Shown: one piece after another, positions 1 to 8,996 of the stretch | Position numbering within the stretch: position 1 is the first letter of the stretch | How the letters are laid out: the number at the start of each line of letters is the position of its first letter | Source: an uncultured Clostridia bacterium | GTDB taxonomy: Bacteria > Bacillota > Clostridia > Christensenellales > UBA1750 | DNA: 64,000 nt | Assembly: GCA_947625765.1 (NCBI GenBank) | Contig: CANQPP010000001.1 | Coordinates: forward strand, 7,763-71,762 | Direction of reading: 5' to 3' | Notes under the pieces: generated by a model | What the model was told of the DNA's origin: nothing | What the model saw: only the letters and a program-made list of their open reading frames with translations | Databases searched by the model: none | Program-made: the position numbers and the translations under genes

Positions 1-16
1 AGCTGAAATCGGACAC
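1..16 (-). CDS. 5' end (5 codons) of a leftward gene that leaves the window; product unknown
   Basis: Minus-strand GTG at 16..14 (GTG TCC GAT TTC AGC) lies 4 nt after an AGGGGAGGGG Shine-Dalgarno (complement of 21-30). A minus-strand TATAAT sits at 57..52. Too short to identify. Confidence 0.25.
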
Positions 17-73
17 GTTGCCCCTCCCCTTTCTTTTTTGCGATATAACTTATTATAGCACAGCCGCCGCGCT

Positions 74-101
74 TTGTCAATTTAAAATGCTCATTTATGA
101 T
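74..101 (+). promoter_or_regulatory. putative sigma-70-type promoter of the XRE regulator gene
   Basis: TTGTCA (74-79), 16-nt spacer, TATGAT (96-101), in an AT-rich divergent spacer ~55 nt upstream of the ATG at 158. Confidence 0.3.
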
Positions 102-157
102 AATTCTCTGTCGAAACGTGCAATCTATAATTGACAAAAAGGAAAGGGAGAGATGGG

Positions 158-457
158 ATGATTATCAGAGCCGACGTTCGGATCCGGCAGCTGCGGGAAA
201 TGCGCGGCATCACGCAGACGGAGCTGGCGCACGTCATGTCCGTCACCCGTTCCAGCGTGAACGCCTGGGAAATGGGCATCTCCCTGCCCACCGCGGCCAA
301 GCTGGTGGAGCTGAGCGAATACTTCCGCGTCTCCACGGATTACATCCTTGGCCTGGACGGCGGCGAAACGATCCGGCTGGACGGCCTCTCTCCCGAACAA
401 AAGGAGCTTATTTTCGCCCTGCTTTCCTACTTTCACAAGGAAGAGGAAGGCCAATAG
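158..457 (+). CDS. XRE-family helix-turn-helix transcriptional regulator
   Basis: ORF track 131..457. I start it at the in-frame ATG 158, which has a GGGAG SD 7 nt upstream. IRQLREMRGITQTELAHVMSVTRSSVNAWEMG is a canonical Cro/C1-type HTH. Confidence 0.8.
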   Translation: MIIRADVRIRQLREMRGITQTELAHVMSVTRSSVNAWEMGISLPTAAKLVELSEYFRVSTDYILGLDGGETIRLDGLSPEQKELIFALLSYFHKEEEGQ

Positions 458-478
458 TTCCCCTTATAAATACCAAGA

Positions 479-514
479 CCGGCGCGCCATTTTGCGGCGC
501 TCCGGCCTTTTTTG
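479..514 (+). terminator. rho-independent terminator after the XRE gene
   Basis: CCGGCGCGCC-loop-GGCGCTCCGG stem (479-505) followed by CCTTTTTTG. Confidence 0.55.
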
Positions 515-540
515 TATGCCTTAGAAGGCGTTCCTTTGCC

Positions 541-1461
541 TTAGATCAGCGCCCGGGCGTAGCCCTCCGCGTCGAAGGGCTGCAGGTCGTCCAGCTGCTC
601 GCCCACGCCCACGAAGTACACGGGCAGGCCCAGCTCCTCGCGCACGCTGACCACCACGCCGCCCTTGGCGGTGCCGTCCAGCTTGGTGAGTATGAGGCCG
701 TCCACGTCGGTGGTCTCCTTGAACACGCGGGCCTGCGCCATGCCGTTCTGGCCGGTGGTGCCGTCCAGCACCAGGAGCGTGTACAGCGTGAAGTCGCCCT
801 TTTCCCGCTCGATGACGCGGCGTATCTTCTTCAGCTCCTCCATGAGCCTGCCCTTGTTGTGCAGCCTCCCGGCGGTATCCACCAGCACCAGGTCCATGCG
901 GCGGGCGCGGGCGGCGCTCATGGCGTCGAACACCACGGCCGCCGGGTCGGAACCCTCCTGGTGGGCCACGATGGGCACGCCCGCCCGCTCCGCCCAGACG
1001 GTGAGCTGCTCGGCCGCCGCCGCGCGGAAGGTGTCCCCCGCGGCCAGCAAGACGCGCTTGCCCTCGGCCTTGTACATGCAGGCCAGCTTGCCGATCTGCG
1101 TGGTCTTGCCCACGCCGTTGACGCCCACCACCAGCACCACCGCCGGGCACTTGGGTTGGAAGGGCTCGCTCTTGAGCCGCTCGGCCAGCAGCTCGCGCAG
1201 CAGCTCCTTCACCTGGGCGGGGTCCGCCACGCGCTGTTTCTCGATCCTCTCCTTCAGCTCCGCGATCAGGGACGCGGTGGTCTTGACGCCTATGTCCGCG
1301 CCCAGCAGCACCGCCTCCAGGTCGTCGTAGAACTCCTCGTCCAGCTCCTTATAGTAGCCGGTCAGCTGGTCGATGGCGCGGGTCAGGGATTCGCGCGTCT
1401 TCTGCATCCCCCGGCGCAGCCTGGCAAACAATCCGGCCTTGCGTTCCTTTTCCTCGCTCAC
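541..1461 (-). CDS. ftsY: signal recognition particle receptor FtsY
   Basis: 306 aa. SRP-GTPase motifs are present: GVNGVGKTT (P-loop), DTAGR, TKLDGTAKGG. GTG start overlaps the smc stop (GTGA). Conserved smc-ftsY synteny. Confidence 0.95.
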   Translation of the reverse strand: MSEEKERKAGLFARLRRGMQKTRESLTRAIDQLTGYYKELDEEFYDDLEAVLLGADIGVKTTASLIAELKERIEKQRVADPAQVKELLRELLAERLKSEPFQPKCPAVVLVVGVNGVGKTTQIGKLACMYKAEGKRVLLAAGDTFRAAAAEQLTVWAERAGVPIVAHQEGSDPAAVVFDAMSAARARRMDLVLVDTAGRLHNKGRLMEELKKIRRVIEREKGDFTLYTLLVLDGTTGQNGMAQARVFKETTDVDGLILTKLDGTAKGGVVVSVREELGLPVYFVGVGEQLDDLQPFDAEGYARALI

Positions 1462-4400
1462 GGCGATACCTCCTCCCTTTCGGCCTCAGCGGCCACGTCC
1501 TCCAGGCGCACGCTCACCATGCGGGAGACGCCCCTCTCCTCCATGGCCACGCCGTACAGGCTGTCGCAGCGCTCCATGGTGCCCTTGCGGTGGGTGATGA
1601 CGATGAACTGCGTGTTTTGAGAATAGTTGCGCAGATACTCCGCGAAGCCGTCCACGTTGTTCTCATCCAGCGCAGCCTCGATCTCGTCCAATATGCAGAA
1701 GGGCGAGGGCCGGATGGCCAGCATGGAGAAAAGCAGCGCGATGGCGGTCAGCGCCCGCTCCCCGCCGGAGAGCAGGGACAGCAGCTGCAGCTTCTTTCCC
1801 GGCGGCTGGGCCACGATGTCGATGCCGCAGTTGAGGCAGTCCGCCTCGTCCTGGAGCTTCAGCATCGCCGTGCCGCCGCCGAACAGCTGGGCGAAGATGC
1901 CGCTGAAGTGCTGGTCGATCTGCCGGAAGCGCTCGCGGAACAGCGTCTCCATCTCGCGCGTTAAGTCCCGGACGATGGTCTCCAAGTCCCGCCGCGCCTT
2001 GAGCAGGTCCTCCTTCTGGCCTGAAAGCGCATCGAAGCGCTCCTTCGTCTCCTCGTATTCCTGTATGGCGGCCAGGTTCACGGTGCCAAGGGCGCGCACC
2101 TGGCTGCGGATCTCCTCCACGCGGGCGGCGGCGGACTTTTCGTCGAAGTCCTCCTGCCACAGCTCCTTCGCGCTGCCGTAGGTCAGCTCGTGCCGCTCCC
2201 ACAGGCGGTCGGCCAGCTGCCGCTTTTCGTCCCGGGCGCGATTCAAACGCGTTTCCAGCGAGCGGCTCAAGTCCCTCTGCTTTTCCAGCTCGCCGGACAG
2301 CTCCTCGATCCTCTGCGTCAGGGCGCGCAGCTCTGCCTGGGCGCGGGCGCGCTCGTTGGTCACGCGCGTGAGCTCCCGATCCTTCTCCTGCAGCAGCCCC
2401 TCCGCCTCCCCTTGGTCGGCGCGGTTCTGCTCTAGGGCCCTTTCGTCCTCTGCGCGTCGCGCTTCCAGCGCCTGCCGGGCGCGGGCGCGCACCTCGGCGG
2501 AGCGGCGGATCTGCTCCTCGTCGCCCTCCAGCCGCTCGGCCTCCCGGCGCAGGGCCTCCAGACGGGCCTTGGTCTCGGCGTGGGCCGCGCTCTGCCCGGC
2601 CAGCGCCTGCCGCACCGCCTCCAGCGCCTCGCGGCCCTCCCGCAGCCTCTCGTTGAGCGCGGCGATGTCCGCCTGCGTGGTGGTGGAGGCCTGCTCCGCC
2701 TCCCCGGTCTGCTCGCGCAGCTGGCGGAACTCCTCGTCGATGTTCTTTAAGCTGTCGTCCAGCCGCTCCTTTTCCCCTTCCAGGGAATACACGGCCTCCT
2801 GGGCGGCGGCGCGGGCGTCCTTTGCGGCGGCCAGGCGCGTCTGGACGCGCAGCATCTCCATCTCCTGCTCCCGCAGCCTGCCCGCGATCTCCTCCTGTGC
2901 GGCGCGGTCCGCCTCGCTCTCCCGGCGCAGGCGCTCAAGCTCCTCTTGGCTCTGCCGCAGCCGCTCCTCGAGCCTCGCCACGGCCTGCCTGTGCTCCTGG
3001 ATCTCCCTCTCGCGGGACAAAAGGGACGTGGTCCTCGCCTGCTGGCTGCCGCCGGTCATGGAGCCGCCGGAGTGCATCACGTCGCCCTCCAGCGTCACCA
3101 GGCGGAAGGCGTGGTTGCCCCGCCGCATGATGGCGATGCCGCTGTCCAGATCTTCCGCCAGCACCGTCCTGCCCAGCAGGTTCTCGAACACCCCGCGGAA
3201 CTCCTCGGGGAACTGCACCAGCTCGCTGGCCACGCCCAGACAGCCGGGCATGGACAGCACCTCCCGCTCGCGGGGATTCAGCGTCCGGCCGCGGACGGCG
3301 CTCACCGGCAGGAACGTGGCCCTGCCCAGATGCTCGCGGCGCAGCGTCTCGATCATGCGCTTGGCGTCCTCTTCCCGGCGGCAGACGATGTTCTGCATGG
3401 CGGGGCCCAGCGCCATCTCCACGGCCCTTTCCAGTTCCTTTGGCACGGTCAGGAGGGACGCGGCTACCCCGCAGAGCCCCTCGTCCCCGGCGAAGCGGCG
3501 CAGCAGCTCCCGCACGCTGTTCTGGTAGCCGTCGTAGTCCCGGCGCATCTGCTCGAGCATCTTGAGCCGCGAGGACGCCTCGCGCAGCGCCCCGGCGATC
3601 CTCTGCCCGCCGGCGCTCTCCCGCTCCATCCGCGCCGCCGCCTGCGCGGCGCTCTCCGCCGCGCGCTGGCTCTCCTGTTTTAAGGCCGCCTGCGCGCGCT
3701 GCACGGCCGCGCGGGCGTTTTCCGCTTCCTTCAGGTCGTTCTCGGCGTTTATAACACCCTCGCGCGTCTTTTCCAGCGTCTCGTTGAGCTTCTGCCCCTG
3801 CGCCTGCAGGGATTCGCGGGTGGCGGTCAAGCGGGCGGAGACGGCCTTTACGTCCGTCAGGCGGTTGAAGGAGGCGATCATCTCGCCCTTGGCTTCCTCC
3901 GCGCGCGTTTCCATCGCCCGCACGTCCTCCTCGCGGGCGCGGGCCTCCGCCTCCGTTTGCGCCATGCGGGCCTGCAGCTCGTCCAGCTCCCTCTGGCGGC
4001 TTTCCATGTCCCGCCGCTTTTCGGCCTGCTGGGCGCTGAGGCCGCCCTTTTGCGTGCGGGCGCTCTCTTCCTCGGCGCTTAGGCGTTCCAGCTCCGTCCC
4101 GGCCGAGCCGATCCTCTGGGACAGCAGCTCCCCCTCGCCGCGCAGCATCTCGCTCCGGCGGGTGAGCTCCACCAGCTCCTGGTTGAGAGAGGACAGCGCG
4201 CCGTCCAGCTCCGCGGCCCGGCTCTCGGCCCCGGCGCTTTTTTCCTGCGTGCTTGTTCTTTGCGCCTGCAGCTCCTCCAAGGCGGCCGCGCAGTCCGCGC
4301 TCTGGCCGTCCAGCTTCTCTATGTTCCTGTCCAGCGCGTCGCTCCTGCGCACGAAGGCGTTGGCCTCCAGCACGCGGGTCTCTGCCATCAGGCGGGTATA

Positions 4401-5042
4401 GAGCCGCGCGGCGCGGGACTGCTCCTCCAGCGCGGGCAGCTTCTGGCCCACCTCCTGCAGGATGTCCTCCACCCGCCCCAGGTTCTGGTCGGTGTTCTCC
4501 ATGCGGCGCTCGGCTTCCTGGCGGCGGGCCTTGAACTTGGTGATGCCCGCGGCCTCCTCGAACACGTTGCGCCTGTCCTCGCTGCGCACCGAGAGGATCT
4601 CGTCGATGCGCCCCTGCCCCACGATGGAGTAGCCCTCCCGGCCGATGCCGGTATCGCGGAACAGGTCCACGATGTCCTTTAAGCGGCAGGCGGACTTGTT
4701 GAGCAGGTACTCGCTGTCCCCGCTGCGGTAGACGCGACGGGTCACCTGCACCTCGGCAAAGTCGATGGGCAGCGCGCCGTCCTCGTTGTCGAACACCAGC
4801 GTGACCTCGCAGAAGTTGAGCGCCTTGCGGGCCTGTGTGCCGCCGAAGATCACGTCCTCCATGCGCGCGCCGCGCAGGGACTTGGCGCTCTGCTCGCCCA
4901 ACACCCAGCGCACGGCGTCCGCGATGTTGCTCTTGCCGCTGCCGTTTGGGCCCACCACGCCCGTGATCCCCTCGCCGAACTCCATCCTCGTCCGTTCCGC
5001 GAAGGACTTAAAGCCATAGATCTCAAGCCTTTTCAGTCGCAA
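1458..5042 (-). CDS. smc: chromosome partition protein SMC
   Basis: 1194 aa. N-terminal Walker A (GPNGSGKSN), long coiled coils, a hinge, and C-terminal LSGGE signature plus Walker B (FCILDEIEAALD). TTG start at 5042 with AGAGGA SD 9 nt upstream. Confidence 0.95.
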   Translation of the reverse strand: MRLKRLEIYGFKSFAERTRMEFGEGITGVVGPNGSGKSNIADAVRWVLGEQSAKSLRGARMEDVIFGGTQARKALNFCEVTLVFDNEDGALPIDFAEVQVTRRVYRSGDSEYLLNKSACRLKDIVDLFRDTGIGREGYSIVGQGRIDEILSVRSEDRRNVFEEAAGITKFKARRQEAERRMENTDQNLGRVEDILQEVGQKLPALEEQSRAARLYTRLMAETRVLEANAFVRRSDALDRNIEKLDGQSADCAAALEELQAQRTSTQEKSAGAESRAAELDGALSSLNQELVELTRRSEMLRGEGELLSQRIGSAGTELERLSAEEESARTQKGGLSAQQAEKRRDMESRQRELDELQARMAQTEAEARAREEDVRAMETRAEEAKGEMIASFNRLTDVKAVSARLTATRESLQAQGQKLNETLEKTREGVINAENDLKEAENARAAVQRAQAALKQESQRAAESAAQAAARMERESAGGQRIAGALREASSRLKMLEQMRRDYDGYQNSVRELLRRFAGDEGLCGVAASLLTVPKELERAVEMALGPAMQNIVCRREEDAKRMIETLRREHLGRATFLPVSAVRGRTLNPREREVLSMPGCLGVASELVQFPEEFRGVFENLLGRTVLAEDLDSGIAIMRRGNHAFRLVTLEGDVMHSGGSMTGGSQQARTTSLLSREREIQEHRQAVARLEERLRQSQEELERLRRESEADRAAQEEIAGRLREQEMEMLRVQTRLAAAKDARAAAQEAVYSLEGEKERLDDSLKNIDEEFRQLREQTGEAEQASTTTQADIAALNERLREGREALEAVRQALAGQSAAHAETKARLEALRREAERLEGDEEQIRRSAEVRARARQALEARRAEDERALEQNRADQGEAEGLLQEKDRELTRVTNERARAQAELRALTQRIEELSGELEKQRDLSRSLETRLNRARDEKRQLADRLWERHELTYGSAKELWQEDFDEKSAAARVEEIRSQVRALGTVNLAAIQEYEETKERFDALSGQKEDLLKARRDLETIVRDLTREMETLFRERFRQIDQHFSGIFAQLFGGGTAMLKLQDEADCLNCGIDIVAQPPGKKLQLLSLLSGGERALTAIALLFSMLAIRPSPFCILDEIEAALDENNVDGFAEYLRNYSQNTQFIVITHRKGTMERCDSLYGVAMEERGVSRMVSVRLEDVAAEAEREEVSP

Positions 5043-5098
5043 ATCCGTCTATCCTCTGCATAAAAGTGTATTTTGGAAGGCCGTTTCACCCGACGCCT

Positions 5099-5269
5099 TC
5101 AGCCCTCTTTGGCCATCTTCTCTAAAGCGGCCCTGGCGGCCTCGCGCTGGGCGTCCTTCTTGCTCTCGCCGCTGCCCTGCCCTGCGGGCGTGTCGCCCAG
5201 CATGGCCTCGCAGCTGAACACAGGCCTGTGGCCGTCTATCCTCTGCTTAAAGTATATTTTGGAAAACAT
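5099..5269 (-). pseudogene. duplicated rnc 3' fragment (copy nearest smc) retaining an intact 56-codon ORF
   Basis: ATG at 5269..5267 in the spacer. It reads MFSKIYFKQRIDGHRPVFSCEAMLGDTPAGQGSGESKKDAQREAARAALEKMAKEG*. Last ~40 aa match the rnc C-terminus. No convincing SD; expression unknown. Confidence 0.5.
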
Positions 5270-5284
5270 CTCGGCCCGACGCTT

Positions 5285-5455
5285 TCAGCCCTCTTTGGCC
5301 ATCTTTTCTAAAGCGGCCCTGGCGGCCTCGCGCTGGGCGTCCTTCTTGCTCTCGCCGCTGCCCCGCCCCGCGGGCGTGAAGCCCAGCATGGCCTCGCAGC
5401 TGAACACAGGCCTGTGGCCGTCTATCCTCTGCTCAAAGTGTATTTGGGAAGGCAT
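5285..5455 (-). pseudogene. duplicated rnc 3' fragment (middle copy) retaining an intact 56-codon ORF
   Basis: ATG at 5455..5453, 16 nt after the true rnc stop. It reads MPSQIHFEQRIDGHRPVFSCEAMLGFTPAGRGSGESKKDAQREAARAALEKMAKEG*. Same architecture as 5099-5269. Confidence 0.5.
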
Positions 5456-5470
5456 CTCAGCCCGACGCCT

Positions 5471-6124
5471 TCAGCCCTCTTTGGCCATCTGCTCCAGGGC
5501 GGCCCTGGCGGCCTCGCGCTGGGCGTCCTTCTTGCTCTCGCCGCTGCCCTGTCCCGCGGGCGTGTCGCCCAGCATGGCCTCGTAGGTGAACACGGGCCTG
5601 TGTGGCGGCCCTTCCTGCCCCACCAGCCGGTAGGTGGGCGTTATGCCCATCTCCTTCTGGGTCCTCTCCTGCAGCTCGGACTTGTAGTCCCGGGCCTTCG
5701 GCGGCGCGGGCAGGTTGAGTATGTGCCCGTCGGCCACCTGGAAAGCGGCGTCCAGCCCGCCGTCCAGGTACACGGCGCCCAGGACCGCCTCCACCGCGTC
5801 GGCCAGTATGGAGGGTTTCTCCCTGCCGCCGCTGGCGATCTCCCCGGGCCCTAGGCGCAACAGCCTTCCCAGGCCCCAGTTCACGGCCACGCGGTACAGG
5901 GCGCTCTCCTGCACCAGCGATGCGCGCAGGCGGCTCAAACTCCCCTCGTGCATCTCCCGGTGGCTCTCGTACAGCCTGTGGCTCGAGCAGAGCTGCAAGA
6001 CCGCGTCGCCTAAAAACTCCAGGCGCTGGTTGTTCTCCTGCGCTGCGGAGGGGTGCGTGAGCGCCAGCTCCAGCAGCTTTTCGTCCCGAAAGCGGTAGCC
6101 GATCGTCTCCATCAGCGATTGCAT
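5471..6124 (-). CDS. rnc: ribonuclease III
   Basis: 217 aa. RNase III signature ERLEFLGDAVL is present, followed by a C-terminal dsRBD (...YEAMLGDTPAGQGSGESKKDAQREAARAALEQM). Synteny acpP-rnc-smc. Confidence 0.95.
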   Translation of the reverse strand: MQSLMETIGYRFRDEKLLELALTHPSAAQENNQRLEFLGDAVLQLCSSHRLYESHREMHEGSLSRLRASLVQESALYRVAVNWGLGRLLRLGPGEIASGGREKPSILADAVEAVLGAVYLDGGLDAAFQVADGHILNLPAPPKARDYKSELQERTQKEMGITPTYRLVGQEGPPHRPVFTYEAMLGDTPAGQGSGESKKDAQREAARAALEQMAKEG

Positions 6125-6178
6125 GCCCTGCGCCCTGCCTTCCTTGTTCTGCCAAACCGTTTCCCCATACAGCGCAAG

Positions 6179-6216
6179 GCCGCAAGGGGCGTTCTGCCCC
6201 CTGCGGCGCGTTTTTT
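6179..6216 (+). other. GC-rich stem-loop plus T6 in the acpP-rnc spacer (terminator-like only on the plus strand)
   Basis: GCCGCAAGGGGC (6179-6190) pairs with GCCCCCTGCGGC (6196-6207), one mismatch and a 5-nt loop, then GCGTTTTTT (6208-6216). On the coding (minus) strand no U-run follows the hairpin. Confidence 0.45.
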
Positions 6217-6235
6217 GCCGGATGGGCGGTCTTGC

Positions 6236-6463
6236 TTACTTCTCCTGCTTCTCGACGAACTCCACGATGTCGCGGACGGACTGCATCTTCATGAGCTCCT
6301 CGTCGGGCACCTCGATGCTGTACTCCTGCTCCAGCTCCATCACCAGGGCCACGATGTCCAGGGAGTCGGCCTTCAGGTCGTTGATGAGGTGGCTGTCCAT
6401 GGTGATCTTTTCCTTGTCGATGCCCAGCTGCTCGGCGATGATCGCCTGCACACGTTCAAACAT
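6236..6463 (-). CDS. acpP: acyl carrier protein
   Basis: Only the last 75 aa of ORF 6236..7222 are real: [48 protein letters not shown]... with the DSLD phosphopantetheine-attachment motif. ATG at 6463. Confidence 0.95.
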   Translation of the reverse strand: MFERVQAIIAEQLGIDKEKITMDSHLINDLKADSLDIVALVMELEQEYSIEVPDEELMKMQSVRDIVEFVEKQEK

Positions 6464-6519
6464 GGTTTTTTTGTTCCCTCCTTGATAAGTTAAAAGGTAT
6501 AAATGAAGTCTTATATCTC

Positions 6520-7542
6520 TCAGGCGTTCCCGGGGGCCTGTTCGACGCTCCCCAGGGCGCGCTTGATGCTGTCCACAAGGCCGGAATCCACGCAGGAGGC
6601 GGCCTGCAGGATGGCCCGGGCGAAGGCGTGCGCCGTGGAGGAACCGTGGGCCTTGATCATCACGCCGTCCACGCCCAGGAGCACGGCCCCGCCGTATTCC
6701 TGATAGTCCAGCTTGTGCTTGAGCTGGCGCAGCCTGGGCTTGAGCACCGCGGCGGCCAGCTTCGAGGGCAGATCCGCGGTCATGGCGCTCTTGAGCTGGG
6801 TAAAGATGAAGCCGATGGCGCCCTCCGTGGCCTTGAGCAGCACGTTGCCCGCAAAGCCGTCGGTCACGACCACCTGCACGTCGCCCGTGAGCGCGTCGCG
6901 GCCCTCGATGTTGCCGAAGAAGGAGATGCCCTCCTGCTCCTTGATGAGCGCATAGGCCTCCTTGCTCAGCTCGTTGCCCTTCTCGTCCTCCGCGCCCACA
7001 TTCAAAAGCCCCACCTTGGGCTCCGTCTGTCCTAAGACGCCGCGCATGTAGGCGGTGCCCATCAGGGCGAACTGGCGCAGGTATTCGGGCTTGCAGTCCA
7101 TGTTGGCGCCGCTGTCCAGCAGCAGGCAGGGCGTGCCCTTCATCGTGGGCAGGGTCGGCGCCAGGGCCGGCCTGTCGATGCCGCGGATGCGGCCCACCTT
7201 GAAGATGCCGCCGGCCAGCCACGCGCCGGTGGAGCCGGCGGAAACGGCGGCCTCGGCCTCGCCGTGCTTTAGGCGCATCATCGCCACCACCATGGAGGAG
7301 TCCAGCTTGCGCCGGACCGCCATCGCGGGGCTGTCGTGGTTGGTGATCTCGCCGGGAGCCTCCACGATCTCCAAGCGGCTCTTGTCGTATTCCTTGCCCT
7401 CCAGCAGCTTTTCGAGCCTTTCCGTCGGCCCGCAGAGCTGGATCGCCAGGTCTTCCCTTTCGCCCAGGGCCTCCAAGCAGCCCTCCACGATCGCGGCGGG
7501 CGCGTTGTCGCCGCCCAGAGCGTCCACGGCTATTTTGCGCAT
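6520..7542 (-). CDS. plsX: phosphate acyltransferase PlsX
   Basis: Start moved to [15 protein letters not shown] (ATG 7542, GGGGG SD). Typical PlsX N-terminus and length (340 aa). Synteny with acpP. Confidence 0.95.
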   Translation of the reverse strand: MRKIAVDALGGDNAPAAIVEGCLEALGEREDLAIQLCGPTERLEKLLEGKEYDKSRLEIVEAPGEITNHDSPAMAVRRKLDSSMVVAMMRLKHGEAEAAVSAGSTGAWLAGGIFKVGRIRGIDRPALAPTLPTMKGTPCLLLDSGANMDCKPEYLRQFALMGTAYMRGVLGQTEPKVGLLNVGAEDEKGNELSKEAYALIKEQEGISFFGNIEGRDALTGDVQVVVTDGFAGNVLLKATEGAIGFIFTQLKSAMTADLPSKLAAAVLKPRLRQLKHKLDYQEYGGAVLLGVDGVMIKAHGSSTAHAFARAILQAASCVDSGLVDSIKRALGSVEQAPGNA

Positions 7543-7616
7543 CGAATCAAAGCCCCCTGTCCGCCTGCCGTCCCACGTCCTGTCTAAAGCGCGGGGCCGT
7601 ATTTTTTCACGCATCT

Positions 7617-7645
7617 ATATTAGCAAAAACAAGCTGTTCTGGCAA
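7617..7645 (-). promoter_or_regulatory. putative promoter of the plsX-acpP-rnc-smc-ftsY operon
   Basis: Minus strand: TTGCCA (7645..7640), 17-nt spacer, TAATAT (7622..7617), ~75 nt upstream of the plsX ATG. Confidence 0.45.
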
Positions 7646-7682
7646 GTGTTTGCCCGCAAAACTTCGGGGTGCTTTCCCGCCC

Positions 7683-8969
7683 TTATTTCACGGGAAGATC
7701 AAAGTCCTCCTCGATCTTCTTCACCTGCTCGTCGTTGATCTGCACGGCCCTGCCCACGGCGGCGCAGTCCAGGAGCGAGCGGGCGCTGAACTCGGCCACC
7801 TCCATGCGGTCGAAGGCGTTGAAGGCGCTCGTGCCCATGGTGCATACGCAGTCGTTCTCGATGAGGGCCACGGGCGTCACCAGGCTGAGCAGGGCGGCAG
7901 TGCCCTCCGGGTCCCTGCGCAGGCTGCCGTAGGGCAGGCGGCGGGGGAAGCGCAGCATGATGTAGCTCTCCGGGATGGTGCGCGCGTCGAAGGCGGCGTC
8001 GGAGACGGCGTAGGCCATGACCGACGAGGGCCGCGAAAGGAACAGCGCGTTCGCCTGCGGATTGCGCTCATACAGCGCCTGGTGGAAGCGCAGGTGCGTG
8101 TCGGGCGTCTTGCCCCGCTCGCACTTGCCGCCGCGGACGAGCACCAGATCCTCGGGCTGTATCTCCGCCCGGTCCATGCCGTAGGGCGTGATGAGGAAGC
8201 TCTCCTCGTCCACCCGCGCGGAGAACTCGCCAAAGTGCGCGCTGACGAGCTTCTGGCCGTATGCCCGGCGGAGCAGCTCACAGATCTCCCGGCGCAGGGC
8301 CCGCTCCTTGACGCCCATGGGCGCGGTGTGCAGGGGCAGGACCTCCGGCGCGGGCAGTGCCTTGCCCTCGCTCTCGGGCAGCGTGCGCAGAGACCCTAAG
8401 CGCAGGGCGCCCGCCTGTGTGCGGGCCAGGAACTCCATCGCCTCGAAGGTGGTGAAAGCCTGCGTCATGTCCTTCTTGCCGATCACCAGCCCGTGGTTCT
8501 CCATGAGGATGGTGTCAAAGCCCTTCGCAAATTCCGCGGCGATGTTCTCTCCCAGCTTCTTGGAGCCCGGCACCTCGTAGGCCGCCACGGAAACACCGCC
8601 GCACAGCGCCTCCATGCCGGGCAGCAGGCGTAGCTCCGGCGATACGCGCGCCAGGGAAAAGCCCACCAAGGCGGGCGGATGGGCGTGCAGTATGGCCCCG
8701 ATGTCCGGCCGGATGCGGTAGATGTGGCTGTGGAAGGGCAGCTCCACGGAGGGCTTGTGCGGCCCCTCGATGGTCCCGTCGGGGTGCACGCAGCAGATGT
8801 CGCCGCGGGTGAGCCCGCCCTTGTCGATGCTGGTGGGCGTGATCCAGATATTGCCCTCCTGATCCCGGATGGAGAGGTTGCCGCCGGAAACGGTGGTCAT
8901 GCCGCCGTAATACACGCGGTTCATCATGGCGACGAGCTGGTCCGCCGGGTGCATGGTCGCAAAGCGCAT
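7683..8969 (-). CDS. class II aldolase/adducin-family protein with two tandem aldolase-like domains
   Basis: 428 aa. The N-terminal half has GGNLSIRD...ITPTSIDKGGL...HSHIYRIRPDIGAILHAHPP, typical of fuculose/ribulose-phosphate aldolase-like folds. A second related half follows. AAGGAGG SD. Confidence 0.75.
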   Translation of the reverse strand: MRFATMHPADQLVAMMNRVYYGGMTTVSGGNLSIRDQEGNIWITPTSIDKGGLTRGDICCVHPDGTIEGPHKPSVELPFHSHIYRIRPDIGAILHAHPPALVGFSLARVSPELRLLPGMEALCGGVSVAAYEVPGSKKLGENIAAEFAKGFDTILMENHGLVIGKKDMTQAFTTFEAMEFLARTQAGALRLGSLRTLPESEGKALPAPEVLPLHTAPMGVKERALRREICELLRRAYGQKLVSAHFGEFSARVDEESFLITPYGMDRAEIQPEDLVLVRGGKCERGKTPDTHLRFHQALYERNPQANALFLSRPSSVMAYAVSDAAFDARTIPESYIMLRFPRRLPYGSLRRDPEGTAALLSLVTPVALIENDCVCTMGTSAFNAFDRMEVAEFSARSLLDCAAVGRAVQINDEQVKKIEEDFDLPVK

Positions 8970-8996
8970 GTGTCTTTTGCCTCCTTAATGAATGCC

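Larger units (their letters stand above)
5045..5604. repeat. three-copy tandem direct repeat (186-187 bp unit) made of the rnc 3' end plus the rnc-smc spacer
   Basis: The anchor CCGTCTATCCTCTGC occurs at 5045, 5232 and 5418. C[CT]TTCAGCCCTCTTTGGCCATCT, containing the complement of the rnc stop, occurs with TCA at 5099, 5285 and 5471. Copies carry scattered substitutions. Confidence 0.9.

Noticed and set aside
97-1620. 507-aa plus-strand ORF across the XRE gene and ftsY
   Set aside because: It runs antisense to the clearly identifiable ftsY. The translation is Ala/Gly/Arg/His/Leu-rich low-complexity sequence typical of shadow ORFs in high-GC DNA. No motifs.
5073-5585. 170-aa plus-strand ORF with an internally repeated sequence
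   Set aside because: It is the antisense translation of the rnc-tail tandem repeat. The repetition reflects the DNA repeat, not a repeat protein.
6464-7222. N-terminal 250 codons of the 328-aa ORF that ends as acpP
   Set aside because: This part overlaps plsX in another frame and is Arg/Gly-rich. Only the final 75 codons, with their own ATG, encode ACP.
7683-8969. Tandem-domain class II aldolase as something unusual
   Set aside because: Duplicated aldolase-fold proteins are a known architecture. Nothing in the context suggests more than sugar-phosphate metabolism.
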